Source: a virus
Taxonomy: Duplodnaviria > Caudoviricetes
Virus record (IMG/VR): IMGVR_UViG_3300030202_001666
Location: 393 to 64,392 of that record
Length of the DNA: 64,000 bases
Direction: 5' to 3' (one strand)
Shown here: positions 1-10,725 of the stretch, one piece after another
How the letters are laid out: each line of letters opens with the position of its first letter
Numbering within the stretch: position 1 is the first letter of the stretch
Program-made: the position numbers and the translations under genes
Notes under the pieces: model-generated
Told to the model about the DNA's origin: nothing
Seen by the model: only the letters and a program-made list of their open reading frames with translations
The model's database searches: none

Positions 1-23
1 TGTTGTAGTACTTCTTCATTCAT
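1..23 (-). CDS. 5' start of an ORF running off the left edge (MNEEVLQ...), possibly the N-terminus of the giant virion protein
   Basis: ATG at 23, 2 nt after the stop of 26..2224; frame open to position 1. Confidence 0.5.
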
Positions 24-25
24 AT

Positions 26-2224
26 TTAGTATGCTGATGGTTTACCACCTTTACGGTTAGCTAATTCTGTATTTCTTTTATTTATAATATCTTGAGCTGC
101 TTCGGCTAACATCTGATCCAGTTTCACATATGTCAAATCAGAGTTTAATTTTATATCTGTAACTCCTGGTAAAGATAATTTTTTACCTTTGTATGTAACC
201 ACAAGATTTCCTGTTTTGCCATCAACTTCTATTTTAGCATTCTTTCTAATAGATGAAGGCATATAAGCCTTAAAGACTTTATTTACTGCACCATCCATTT
301 CTTTCTTCCTTGTTCCAGTTCCACTAAAGAAATAGAATTCTAAATTGTCCGCAGTTCTACCAGTATCTGCTTGTAAAGAAGCTACTCCTGTTACGGTTGG
401 CATTTTATCTCCTTGTGCTCTAATGATAGGATCACCAGCACCTTTAATAGTGTAAGGTGTTCTGGATGAATATGCTATTGCATCTTCACTTGAGTAAGTA
501 GTTGGAATACCATTTGCTTTTGCATCTGTAACTTGTTGATCTGTTACTTGAATGTTAGCACCAGCACTTCTAATTTCTGCTGGCGTTGGTTGGTAGTCAG
601 CTAACTCTTTATCAACTTGATCTTGTGTTTTAGTACCAGCAAGAACTTCAGCTTCTAATTTCTTTTTCATTTCAGCAATCAGATTTGCTTTAGCACTTTC
701 ATTCTTAATGTTAGTTTTTATTTCAGCATCTGACATGTTTCGTGTATTGATAGTATACTGTTTAGTTTTTTCAAACTCAGCAGTTATATCATCAAAACTC
801 ATTGGCTTACCTTGAGAGTCTGTACCAGGGGTAACTAATTGGAATACTTCTCTTGATAAATCTTTTGTACTTCTAATCTTACCATTAGTATCTTTTCTAT
901 TAACTTGTTCTCTTCTACCACTTTGGTATTCAATAATTATTTGATCACCAATTCTTTTAATAGAATCAATCATTTCATCTGGGTTATTTTTACCAGCGTT
1001 AAGTTGTTGTATACCAGCCGCACTTGCACTTAGGTAATCACTCATATCACCTGCAATAATATCATTAACTCTTTGTAGATAACCGATACCTTCATTAACA
1101 GATTCATTTTGTGCTATGGTTGCTGAATTTGCTTGAGGGAAACTTACACCTCCAGATATCTTAGTTATCTTATCCATTTGGTTATCGAATGCAGTATCAC
1201 TAAAACCACGTACAGTCTTTTCCATAAACTCTCTATCGTTAGGAATAAACTTTGGTGGATAAGAATTAGCATCAACTTGAATCCAATACTTTAAATCTTT
1301 ACCAGGATTATTTTTCTTAAACTCTTCCTCAGATTGAGCAAAAGCAAATTGCCCATCCATTTGTGCCGCGGCATTAGATAAAACCTCATCATCATAATTA
1401 AATTTAGACTCAAACAATTGATTTTTCATTTCATCAAATCTATCTTTGTTTCTTCTTACATCTTCAACAGAAACATTATAAACACCTTCCATTCCGTTTA
1501 CTTCAGTAGTAGCCGGGAATGATGTTATCAACTGCATCATTTGATCTTTGTATGTAGCAGTCTGTTCAACTATATCTGCGTTACTTCTATCGTATTGGTA
1601 TTTAGACCTATTGTTTGCGTAACTGGCAGGAAGGTAAGATTCTGGGCTATCTTTATAAGATGGCATATTTCCATTTTCATCTAACCTTACTATGTATGCA
1701 GTATTAGTACCTGGGTCCATCCAGTTTACTGTACCATTTAAATTATTAAAGCCTTGATTTGACTCTTGAAGATATGTTTCAGATGCACTTGCACTATTGT
1801 CTTGTTGTCTTTTAACTGCATTATCAGTGTACTCTTGTGCACTCTTGGCCATTATACCAAACTGAGACATCTGATCTTTGGCTTTCTGCATTAATTGACG
1901 AAACTTTTCTGGTGGTATTCTACCATCCTTCATAAGTTTCTGTTGCATTAACAAGTTCTTTTTTAAGTTAGAAGCCATTTCTAAAACACTATCGCTAAAT
2001 GTTTTATCAGCGTTTAGTTCTATTTCAGCTACCTTCGTAAATAAAGCATTAGACTCTTCGTCTAATTTTTTCTTTTTATTAGCTTTTTCTTCTTCAATTC
2101 CATCAAAAGTTTTTTGTAAATCTTTACCAATTTGCCCCCATTGAATACGGGATGCACTATCACGTGGTTGGTAAATAGAATACAAATCTGGATTGACTGT
2201 ATTTAATGTAGGTTTTTCTGCCAT
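26..2224 (-). CDS. putative internal virion (ejection) protein
   Basis: 732 aa, helical/coiled-coil N-terminus, follows the small Gly/Ala-rich internal protein in typical podovirus order. Confidence 0.55.
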   Translation of the reverse strand: MAEKPTLNTVNPDLYSIYQPRDSASRIQWGQIGKDLQKTFDGIEEEKANKKKKLDEESNALFTKVAEIELNADKTFSDSVLEMASNLKKNLLMQQKLMKDGRIPPEKFRQLMQKAKDQMSQFGIMAKSAQEYTDNAVKRQQDNSASASETYLQESNQGFNNLNGTVNWMDPGTNTAYIVRLDENGNMPSYKDSPESYLPASYANNRSKYQYDRSNADIVEQTATYKDQMMQLITSFPATTEVNGMEGVYNVSVEDVRRNKDRFDEMKNQLFESKFNYDDEVLSNAAAQMDGQFAFAQSEEEFKKNNPGKDLKYWIQVDANSYPPKFIPNDREFMEKTVRGFSDTAFDNQMDKITKISGGVSFPQANSATIAQNESVNEGIGYLQRVNDIIAGDMSDYLSASAAGIQQLNAGKNNPDEMIDSIKRIGDQIIIEYQSGRREQVNRKDTNGKIRSTKDLSREVFQLVTPGTDSQGKPMSFDDITAEFEKTKQYTINTRNMSDAEIKTNIKNESAKANLIAEMKKKLEAEVLAGTKTQDQVDKELADYQPTPAEIRSAGANIQVTDQQVTDAKANGIPTTYSSEDAIAYSSRTPYTIKGAGDPIIRAQGDKMPTVTGVASLQADTGRTADNLEFYFFSGTGTRKKEMDGAVNKVFKAYMPSSIRKNAKIEVDGKTGNLVVTYKGKKLSLPGVTDIKLNSDLTYVKLDQMLAEAAQDIINKRNTELANRKGGKPSAY

Positions 2225-2235
2225 GTATTTTTATT

Positions 2236-2850
2236 TTAGCTTCCTGTTCCGTATATGCTCTTGAACATTTCCATTTCATCAGCGGATAACTCACCTTTCT
2301 TAGCTTTATATAAAGCAGATGCTTTACCAGCTTCAGATGCAAATGCTCCAACTCCTTCAAAACCAGCCTTCATTGATTCAGCTTGTGCGGTCAACATATC
2401 TTTTTCTCTCATCGCTTCGTCTTTTGCTGCACCTACATCCATACCAATAAGTTGTTGTTTTACATTTTCTTTAGCTTGGACTTTCATTTGAGCATTTTCA
2501 TACAAGTCTTGTTGCATACCAAGTCTTATCTTGTTAGCATTTTCTGATGCTTCCATTCCAACTTTACCTATACCTGCCGCTAAACTTCTTGCGTCACCTT
2601 CTTGTAATGCTTGAATTGATTGTTGTTGGTTTGCCATGTTTTGCTCGTACTGTTGTCCAAATGCTTCTAAAGGAACATTTAAACCTTCGAAGAAATTTTG
2701 TTGAGCATCTTTTCGAGCTTGATCCATTAATCTTTTAGATTCTTGTCTTGCCTTGTCTGCGGCTTTTTTTTGTTTTGCTGCTTGGCTAAAAGACATACCC
2801 GCTTGAGCCACTCCAACACCTGCTCCTATTATTGCTGTTGCTGCTGCCAT
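2236..2850 (-). CDS. small internal virion/ejection protein (T7 gp14-like position and composition)
   Basis: Gly/Ala-rich hydrophobic N-terminus MAAATAIIGAGVGVAQAG followed by Q/K/A-rich helices. Confidence 0.6.
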   Translation of the reverse strand: MAAATAIIGAGVGVAQAGMSFSQAAKQKKAADKARQESKRLMDQARKDAQQNFFEGLNVPLEAFGQQYEQNMANQQQSIQALQEGDARSLAAGIGKVGMEASENANKIRLGMQQDLYENAQMKVQAKENVKQQLIGMDVGAAKDEAMREKDMLTAQAESMKAGFEGVGAFASEAGKASALYKAKKGELSADEMEMFKSIYGTGS

Positions 2851-2851
2851 A

Positions 2852-3262
2852 TTATAATTTTTTTATTAATTCAGTTGTATATGAAGAAGCCTCTTCATAT
2901 CCTTGTTCTTTGTATACATTAATTAAAGATTTATTTTTTACCAAAGCATACATAAATTTTTTGTCCAGATTTATAGCCTTTTCTTCTAATGCTAATAATA
3001 ATAAACCTATCGCCACTTTTCTTTTATACTTATCTTTATAATCAAAATTAGATATTATCCAATCTGCCCACGCTACTCCAGAGTTAGTATTATACAAAAA
3101 TCCAGCTACTATTGGTGTTTCTTCTTCATAAACCATATAGCCTCCTGTACCATTTTCTGGTAAAAAGTTTTTGGGAGGGGGTGTCCAACGCCACGTTTTC
3201 CACCAACCACACAAAATCTCTTCGTAATCTTGTTCTTTAAGTGGTAATAAATTTAATTTCAT
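2852..3262 (-). CDS. GNAT-like acetyltransferase-fold protein
   Basis: 136 aa; GGYMV...VAGFLY strands and terminal LINVYKEQGY motif typical of GNAT folds; sits between tail and ejection genes. Confidence 0.55.
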   Translation of the reverse strand: MKLNLLPLKEQDYEEILCGWWKTWRWTPPPKNFLPENGTGGYMVYEEETPIVAGFLYNTNSGVAWADWIISNFDYKDKYKRKVAIGLLLLALEEKAINLDKKFMYALVKNKSLINVYKEQGYEEASSYTTELIKKL

Positions 3263-3269
3263 TTACCAA

Positions 3270-3277
3270 CAAAGATA
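3270..3277 (-). promoter_or_regulatory. Bacteroidota sigma70 -7 element TATCTTTG
   Basis: matches TAnnTTTG just upstream of the 2852..3262 start. Confidence 0.6.
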
Positions 3278-3285
3278 ATAAATTT

Positions 3286-4113
3286 TTATGGATAACTTTT
3301 CATCACACTACTACCCACGGAATATATCTCAACTGGATCAGTAGAATCGTTTGAAAGTTTGAATTGTAGATAGTACCCACGTGCACCATGAGATTCTGCA
3401 ACAGCGTCTTTAATATACATTATAAACTGCCCAGTAGTAGGAACAGTAGTTCCAACTCCAGTGGTATCTATTGTAATACTATAAGCTCCAGGAGTATTAA
3501 CTACTAATGTTACAACCCCAGCTAATATAGGGGCAGTCGTAGTAACACCACCTGCAACAGTTGCGGCATAAACTGAATCACCTTGGCTTATTATTGAGCC
3601 AACTGGCACATCAAATGTTATTTGAGTAGCTGCGGCAGGTTGCCCACCAGCCACTGTTCCTACACCAATACCATTAGCTGATCTTTGTGCCCAGTTAACT
3701 GTACCGTCATTAGTACGTAAAAACGAAAACCACTCACCCTCTTTTTCTATAAAATAAGTTTCTAACATAGAAGAAGGAGAACCATCAGTTAAGTCTGTAA
3801 ATAATTCTAATGCAGCCCAACGTGCTTGAGATGTATCGGCTACTGTTGTATTAGACTCATATGATAAAGTTTTGAATAATTTTATATCTTCAGTAGGTGT
3901 TGGATTTAAAGCACTGGTTATAGTAGATGCCGTGTATTGCCCATAATATGTGTTACGTAAATTATTAGTGTTATGTCTAAATACATTTCCACCACTAAAA
4001 GTATATAAATAACTATTCATACCTTGAATATATTCTGGTATATACGAATAAAATGATGGCCAACCATTAAATGGCTCTCCTACTGAATATGTTAATGTAT
4101 ACGCTGTTGACAT
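3286..4113 (-). CDS. tail stabilisation (muzzle/P22 gp10-like) protein, C-terminal part
   Basis: TLTYS...GWPSFYSYIPE, KLFKTLSYES, EKEGEWF and GARGYY motifs recalled from the C-terminal region of crAss-like stabilisation proteins. Confidence 0.6.
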   Translation of the reverse strand: MSTAYTLTYSVGEPFNGWPSFYSYIPEYIQGMNSYLYTFSGGNVFRHNTNNLRNTYYGQYTASTITSALNPTPTEDIKLFKTLSYESNTTVADTSQARWAALELFTDLTDGSPSSMLETYFIEKEGEWFSFLRTNDGTVNWAQRSANGIGVGTVAGGQPAAATQITFDVPVGSIISQGDSVYAATVAGGVTTTAPILAGVVTLVVNTPGAYSITIDTTGVGTTVPTTGQFIMYIKDAVAESHGARGYYLQFKLSNDSTDPVEIYSVGSSVMKSYP

Positions 4114-4123
4114 AATTAATTAT

Positions 4124-5074
4124 TTAAGGACATGTTCCTATTTGTACTATTACTCCATTTGTATCTACTTCGATAAATTGTGTTGCACTGATACTATAAA
4201 ATCCTGCCCCAACTGGAGTTACTCCATTTGAATCTTGAAACACCCAATCATATAAACCTGGGTTTCCAGCAGAACCATTTACTGGAGCATTGAAAATTGG
4301 GCTACCAGTTGTAGGTAAATTACACGCACCTGTAGATGTTAATGAAACATTTGATGCGGCAAAAGCAATCAACGATGTAGGACAAACTACTGATATAGTC
4401 CACCCTGTACTATTACAAGGTCCTTCTATAACAAATGTTACATTTTCTGGTGTTGTGTTTGGTTTTGGAACTACCATGATAGTACCCCCAGGTTGACCTG
4501 CAGTTAAACTCACGCCACCCGCAGCTTGATTTGCATAAGGTCCTAACGTAACTGGAGTTCCTTGATTTACAAATTGATTAGTTCCTGAATCATATACAAA
4601 TGATGCTCCACTGGTTGTTAAACCATTACTTCCATTAGCATTAGTTAGTTGTAGATTACAACCACCTCCAGTAGATATTGTTCCAATAACCCCTTGTAAA
4701 TATCCATAGTTTGGTGAAGAGTATTCAGAAGCACTAACGCCATCGTATGTCCAAGTACATTTATCTGGAACAGACGCTGGGTTAAATGTTACTAAAGCAG
4801 CTCCAATAGAATTTCCTAAGTTCATTGTAACGGTATACTGTCCAGTTCCCCCAGAGCCACTAACACCACTACCACACGGTACTGTACATGTGTCGCATGG
4901 TAAAGCTGCTAATAACGTAGGGTTTGTAGGACCACCAATCAATTGTCTAACAATTCCACTTTGTCCATAATATCCGTTTGGTGCAGCAGTTGTTAACGCA
5001 GCGTCAGTATATAACATACTTGCGTTAGCAAAACTAACTCCATCAAAATAATAATTTCCTAAAACTCCTGCCAT
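4124..5074 (-). CDS. Gly/Thr/Cys-rich structural protein (tail accessory)
   Basis: beta-rich composition; C-terminal GFY...FIEVDTNGVIVQIGTC module shared with 5084..9808. Confidence 0.5.
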   Translation of the reverse strand: MAGVLGNYYFDGVSFANASMLYTDAALTTAAPNGYYGQSGIVRQLIGGPTNPTLLAALPCDTCTVPCGSGVSGSGGTGQYTVTMNLGNSIGAALVTFNPASVPDKCTWTYDGVSASEYSSPNYGYLQGVIGTISTGGGCNLQLTNANGSNGLTTSGASFVYDSGTNQFVNQGTPVTLGPYANQAAGGVSLTAGQPGGTIMVVPKPNTTPENVTFVIEGPCNSTGWTISVVCPTSLIAFAASNVSLTSTGACNLPTTGSPIFNAPVNGSAGNPGLYDWVFQDSNGVTPVGAGFYSISATQFIEVDTNGVIVQIGTCP

Positions 5075-5083
5075 ATTACAAAT

Positions 5084-8000
5084 TTAACAATTTCCTACTT
5101 GTGTTACTATACCTTGCGTGTTTACCTCTATAAAACCATTTTGGTATCTGTAAAAACCTTGAGTTAAATAGGTAGTCGGATCGCAATCCGTTGATGAATA
5201 CACTATACTTCCAACCACTGGATACGTTGTTGTTGGGTTTGTATTCAAGAAATAATATGTGTATGATAATGGTTGTACACATGCGTCAGCACTTGTTTGT
5301 TGAACAGCACCACTCTGATATGATGTACAAGTAAATGTACAATCACAACAAGCATCAACCGCACTACTTGCATCATAACATAATTGTTGTACTGTAGTAA
5401 CTCTAAAATCATATACTAAATATAAATACGCTTTATTGATAGGAATACTAAACGCTGGTGTCGTAGATGGTGTTATTGTTCCTCTATATATATCTTGCCC
5501 AGGGTTAGTTATTAACGAGTTACCAATTATGTTTGGAGCAGCAGAAGAAACTATTGTTTGAATATCTGCTACAGTATTAGAATAAGCTGTATTACTTGAT
5601 AAATAACTTAATTTATATGGTTTTGCAGTTACATCAAAATCGTCTGAACCTATCTTAGCCGTCCCAATAAAAAAGTCTACACTATCATAAGGAAATACAC
5701 CAATCGATCTAACACCAGATTGAGAATCAAATAGACTTGCTACTTCCGAAGAAGTTCCAAATTCTACCCCTGTACTTGCAACTGGGCTTATGTGTATTGA
5801 ATTATTCCACCCATATTCTGCATGAATAAATTGCCCTGCATCTACTGAAGAATTTAAAACAACTTGTACTACGTTAATAGTTGTTTCTGTTGGACAGTTA
5901 CCTACAATTGAATAAGAAGCCGTTTGACCACTTGCAGGTGTTACAGTTATAACTGCATTTGTAGGCGTGTTTAGATTTTTATTAATCTCTAACACTCCTG
6001 TTTGATTTGTTAAAGTAACAGGTGTACTTGCAGTTCCATTCCAAATTCCAGTAACCGTGACAGTTCCTGTTGCGACAACAGTTACCGTTACAGATGCTTC
6101 TATAACAAGTCCAAAATCTATTTCAAAACTTCTTGCCGAAGTCTGCCCATTAAACTCTAAAGTAGTACCACACGGTATCGGTGGGGTTGGAAAAGGTACT
6201 GGTGTAGTATTGGTTGATAAAACATATTCACCCATATAAGGATCAAATCCTCCTAATTTTTGTGTTGTTAGTTGAGTGATAAATGTATCTCTAAACCACG
6301 ATCTCATACCTGTTTCAGATATTACTTCTAACGAATCATTATTTCTTGAAGTACCTCTTAATTTTAATACAGCTAATCTTTTAGTGTCTGTAAAAAACAT
6401 ATCATAACCGTAAGAAGCAAAACTTTCTGGATTAAAACTAATACCGTACTCTTCTATTCTGGCTATTTGCGTTCCTAATATTTCTGGTACTGATGATATA
6501 ACACCACCTCCAGTTGAATCGCTTATTAAATTTTTACTTGCTAAAACGTATGTTATTCTATCTTCGTGAAGAACTAAAATATCTGTTTCTCTTGAGTGCA
6601 TTTTCATAATAGGTCCGAAAGACTGCTCACACTCTTTATAGTTTGCTAATCCTAAATTAAATTCATTAAGATTATTTACACCAGATGTACTACTAAATAC
6701 ACCACTATAAGTCATATCTGCAAATCTATCTGCTTCCTTATAGTTTTGATTTGAAGCTGCTAAAGTTCTTTGACCTAACACCACTGATTTAGAAGCTAAA
6801 CCATCTTTTATTTTATAGCTTTCAACACCGTTTCCAAACGTATAACAATCCATAAAATTTAATGTGGCGAATGCATTTTGCGTAGCCGTTTGGTTTATAT
6901 CACCATCGGCTGTTCCAGTTTGATGAAACCCATTTGTTATATCATACATCTCTGATGCATCATAAAACAATTCTGAGTTAGCATCGGCTGGTTCAGATTC
7001 AAAAACAATTAAATTATTTGCACGAGTTACTACTATTTCTAATCTAACAAAAGAGTCAGAGTCTTTAGCTGGCCACTGGTGTTTACATCCTTTTATACCA
7101 GAACGAATAGATAAATATAATGGTTTAGTAGTATCAATAGTCCCCGTATAACCTGCCTGCCAAAATTGCCAACGTGGATTCCAATTAACACACGTTACAC
7201 CCGCAGCACTTGTAGCAATTGTAGAAACAAAGACAGAATCTCCAACACTTCCTTCAGTAACTACTCCAGTGTTTGGATCAATATTATCTCCAACAAACCA
7301 ATCATACATAGTAGGATAGTCAGCAGATGAAACAAATTGTTTTTCAAATACATATTTTTTACCATTACATCCACAACATCTATCCTGTCTACCATACACG
7401 GCTTTTATATATATTATACTCCCAGCAGGAACATCATAAACAGTATCGACTGCACCATCTGTAACAAATACCGGGTAGTTGACTTGTGGTTTACAATATG
7501 ATTCACTATCACTATTATATTCTTCTCTACCTCGTTCAACTACTGCGTCATCTGGTATAGTAATATTAAAGTTTTGAGCTTTAATAATCATGTATAAACC
7601 TGGTAATTGAAATGTTCCAGTACCTAATTCATTAGTAGTAGCTAAAAAGTCTTCTGCCTCTGCACTTACATCTAACACTTCACATGTAGTCAACGACTGT
7701 ACTGCTCCATTAACATCACGCTTTACAATTAGCGTTTGTCCTTTTGTTACTTTATTTTGATTATCACCTTCTAATCTAAAGTATATATTATTGTTACTTG
7801 GTCTTACATAGAAAAAGTTAGAATATATAGTTTCATATCCACCCTTACTTGGCTTTAATACAAACTTATATTTTGTTGCCCATGATGGAGGTCTACTGCT
7901 TATATTAACCTGAACTCTGTTTTGTCTTTCACTGTTTTGTGGTGGAACAAATACTGTATTATATTCTGATACTAATACGGTTGATGCTCTTGCAAATTTA

Positions 8001-9808
8001 TCCATATAAACTATTCCGAGTTCATAATCTCTATTGCTATGTAAAGAACTTATATCAGCATCAGATGTAAAGTTAGCTGTTGCAACTTCAACTCTAAAAT
8101 ACTCAAATAAATCTGTTGTTACTAATGGATCATTTGTGTTTCTAAAATTCATTGCTAAAGGTTGAAAACCAACCTGGCTTGAACCTGGTGTTGTAACAAA
8201 CCTAAAACCTTGTTGAGCAGTAGGATCAGTTAAACTACTGTTATATTTAGCCCATCCTGCACAGTTAGTAGGTATTGACAATGCACAGTTGAAGGTATCG
8301 GTTACAGATGAACCACTTGAACATGTCGCTATTGGTTGAAAGTTTGAATTAATAACCGTACCCATAGCTGCAGCAAAAGATGGGCTGGAACACATATCGT
8401 AAACACTGGCAAAATCTTGTGGCAGTCTATACGATAAAGGCACTGTAACATCACCATTACTAAATGTAGGTGCATAACAAGGATCAGCCGTGTCCCCATT
8501 TATTTGATCTGAAGTCAATCTAAAATTGATTCCAATTGTTGCATCTTTTTTTAACTTATTTTCAATTGCAGAAAAATCAAAAGTAGCTAACGAATTTGAA
8601 ACAACTACATTACTACCAGATATTGTGTATGTAATACCAGTAGTTAATACTGCGTTTTCTAATGCTTCAAAGTCAATAACTTTTGATTGTAAACTTGCTT
8701 GATAATCAATAGATATTTGACTACCAGAACTATTGGTTATGTCGTATTGATCTACGTAATTAGCATACATTAATCTATTTCCTTGAATAGTTTGTGCTAA
8801 GGCAGTTCTGGGAACATTATCATACAAACGCAATAATTCATCTTGTCCTAAGACCGTATATACTTTACTATTAGTAAAATTAAAATGTTGTGTACTGTCA
8901 TTTGCCCACCCATAATCATCTTTATTAAAACGTTCAATAACAAAAATATTATTTGTATTTGAATCTTTATATAATAAGTCAACCGCTATAACTCTCGCAG
9001 GTCCAGTGTTAAAAGAAACACGTGCCGTGTTGTATTGGTTTTGCATACCAGCATTAACGTAGTTATTTGTATCAAAACGAAATGCTTGTGGTTGAAAAGC
9101 TGGCACAGTAAATAATGAGGTAGCACTATACTCATTATCTGCATATCTATATCTATAAGCAAATGATATAAATCTGTCTACCAAGTAATTTTCTTCTCCT
9201 GGAACATTCAAAAGCTCAACCTCTGGTGTTGGTAAGGTGTCTGTACTTTCAAATCCCGGTGGCTTTAAAATTACATTAATATCTTCTTCTACAATTTGAT
9301 CAGTGTATGGAGCTCCAGTTAAAGGATCAGGGTAATTTCTATTTACATTTATTTTTCGTGGTGGATTAAAATCGTCAGTAAAAAACAACATTCCTTCTAT
9401 TAAATCTACACCAGTAATTAAATAAGAAAGATTAAAATTTAAAACTGAAGTTGATACCACGTGCATTGTAACACCAGTGGTTTGTGTGTTATAAGAAATT
9501 ATAGCATCTAATCTACCACCACCTACAGCAGCATTACTTGGATCATGTACAAACCAATATATAGTTTCGTGTATACCATCAGCTAAACTTCCAATACAAG
9601 TAGCGGCAGATGAAAAAGCAACATTGTTCCATGTTATGGTAGTCATTTGCTCGTTACCCTTTGAGTTTTCAACCGCACCTATTTCCGTGGTTTCAGTTGC
9701 ACCCACACGAACATTCATCGCATCGATGTACTCTCCGGGAGGAAGAAGCCTTTCGTCTATCGACTTATTCATTCTCCCCTTGTTAAAGTTGGTAGTTAAA
9801 ATTGGCAT
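5084..9808 (-). CDS. tail stabilisation/muzzle protein (crAss-like, P22 gp10 family)
   Basis: N-terminal GRMNKSIDERLLPPGEYIDAMN, LFFTDDFNPPRKINV, FAYRYRY, GNRLMYANY and EYGISFNPESFA motifs. Confidence 0.8.
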   Translation of the reverse strand: MPILTTNFNKGRMNKSIDERLLPPGEYIDAMNVRVGATETTEIGAVENSKGNEQMTTITWNNVAFSSAATCIGSLADGIHETIYWFVHDPSNAAVGGGRLDAIISYNTQTTGVTMHVVSTSVLNFNLSYLITGVDLIEGMLFFTDDFNPPRKINVNRNYPDPLTGAPYTDQIVEEDINVILKPPGFESTDTLPTPEVELLNVPGEENYLVDRFISFAYRYRYADNEYSATSLFTVPAFQPQAFRFDTNNYVNAGMQNQYNTARVSFNTGPARVIAVDLLYKDSNTNNIFVIERFNKDDYGWANDSTQHFNFTNSKVYTVLGQDELLRLYDNVPRTALAQTIQGNRLMYANYVDQYDITNSSGSQISIDYQASLQSKVIDFEALENAVLTTGITYTISGSNVVVSNSLATFDFSAIENKLKKDATIGINFRLTSDQINGDTADPCYAPTFSNGDVTVPLSYRLPQDFASVYDMCSSPSFAAAMGTVINSNFQPIATCSSGSSVTDTFNCALSIPTNCAGWAKYNSSLTDPTAQQGFRFVTTPGSSQVGFQPLAMNFRNTNDPLVTTDLFEYFRVEVATANFTSDADISSLHSNRDYELGIVYMDKFARASTVLVSEYNTVFVPPQNSERQNRVQVNISSRPPSWATKYKFVLKPSKGGYETIYSNFFYVRPSNNNIYFRLEGDNQNKVTKGQTLIVKRDVNGAVQSLTTCEVLDVSAEAEDFLATTNELGTGTFQLPGLYMIIKAQNFNITIPDDAVVERGREEYNSDSESYCKPQVNYPVFVTDGAVDTVYDVPAGSIIYIKAVYGRQDRCCGCNGKKYVFEKQFVSSADYPTMYDWFVGDNIDPNTGVVTEGSVGDSVFVSTIATSAAGVTCVNWNPRWQFWQAGYTGTIDTTKPLYLSIRSGIKGCKHQWPAKDSDSFVRLEIVVTRANNLIVFESEPADANSELFYDASEMYDITNGFHQTGTADGDINQTATQNAFATLNFMDCYTFGNGVESYKIKDGLASKSVVLGQRTLAASNQNYKEADRFADMTYSGVFSSTSGVNNLNEFNLGLANYKECEQSFGPIMKMHSRETDILVLHEDRITYVLASKNLISDSTGGGVISSVPEILGTQIARIEEYGISFNPESFASYGYDMFFTDTKRLAVLKLRGTSRNNDSLEVISETGMRSWFRDTFITQLTTQKLGGFDPYMGEYVLSTNTTPVPFPTPPIPCGTTLEFNGQTSARSFEIDFGLVIEASVTVTVVATGTVTVTGIWNGTASTPVTLTNQTGVLEINKNLNTPTNAVITVTPASGQTASYSIVGNCPTETTINVVQVVLNSSVDAGQFIHAEYGWNNSIHISPVASTGVEFGTSSEVASLFDSQSGVRSIGVFPYDSVDFFIGTAKIGSDDFDVTAKPYKLSYLSSNTAYSNTVADIQTIVSSAAPNIIGNSLITNPGQDIYRGTITPSTTPAFSIPINKAYLYLVYDFRVTTVQQLCYDASSAVDACCDCTFTCTSYQSGAVQQTSADACVQPLSYTYYFLNTNPTTTYPVVGSIVYSSTDCDPTTYLTQGFYRYQNGFIEVNTQGIVTQVGNC

Positions 9809-9809
9809 A

Positions 9810-10724
9810 CTATTTTATCCATTTATCCTGCCCTCTTAAATTCATTAAGAGTCTTCCAGGATGTATATTACTTAATCTTAATTTTGCATTTCTTAATAAA
9901 GATGATTTATCTTTACGTGCTCTATTTACTATATATTCTTGTACTCCCAGTCTGCCATTTAAAATTGAAAATTTTATGTATGCATAAATAAATTCTTCAA
10001 ATAATTTATTTACACTAATTTGTGAATCATTACCTTGCTCCATACCATCAGAGACATATTCTAAAACTATAGAATCAGTTGCAGATGCAGAACTAAAATT
10101 AATAACCCCACCTTTTTTATCTATTTTAAATGTTGGATTAACATTAGCAGTTTCTGTATTTAATCCAAAACGTGAACCGATTTGATAGTCAAAATACCAA
10201 CACCCATCTAAACAATAACCTGGTTGGTCATTAAATGGACTATGGTCATTTAAATATATACCACGTGTGGCTTTTGATAAATCTACTTCAGAATCTTGAG
10301 GGCTTAACGCATTACCGTCTTGGTCAAAAAGTATATTAGAGTTGTTGTCTTGTAAGTATGCACTTGCCCAGTTTGTTTGAATGTTTTCAGATAATGGATA
10401 TAATATACCATCTCTGTATACTGATATTCTCACCCAATTTACAAAATCAGATGGTAGTATATATCTGTAGTTTGCATCTATATCAATTTGCAATATTTTA
10501 ATTTCTTTCATTGCATCATAATTCAATTCTTGAATTCCTCTTTTTGCATGAAAAAGAACTTGATATCGATTTATATTATTTACTAATTCGTGATTACCTG
10601 CATACATCAACATAAAATTATTTACTATGTCTTGTAATGACACATACTGGTACGAACCCCAGTTTTGATTTGTGGGACTGTTTCCGTTGTTTTGGTAATA
10701 TTCAAATTGTGTTATATAAGCCAT
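9810..10724 (-). CDS. tail ring/tubular protein
   Basis: FHAKRGIQELNYD, LPSDFVNWVRIS, VLEYVSDG motifs of crAss-like ring proteins; adjacent to the stabilisation gene. Confidence 0.7.
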   Translation of the reverse strand: MAYITQFEYYQNNGNSPTNQNWGSYQYVSLQDIVNNFMLMYAGNHELVNNINRYQVLFHAKRGIQELNYDAMKEIKILQIDIDANYRYILPSDFVNWVRISVYRDGILYPLSENIQTNWASAYLQDNNSNILFDQDGNALSPQDSEVDLSKATRGIYLNDHSPFNDQPGYCLDGCWYFDYQIGSRFGLNTETANVNPTFKIDKKGGVINFSSASATDSIVLEYVSDGMEQGNDSQISVNKLFEEFIYAYIKFSILNGRLGVQEYIVNRARKDKSSLLRNAKLRLSNIHPGRLLMNLRGQDKWIK

Positions 10725-10725
10725 A

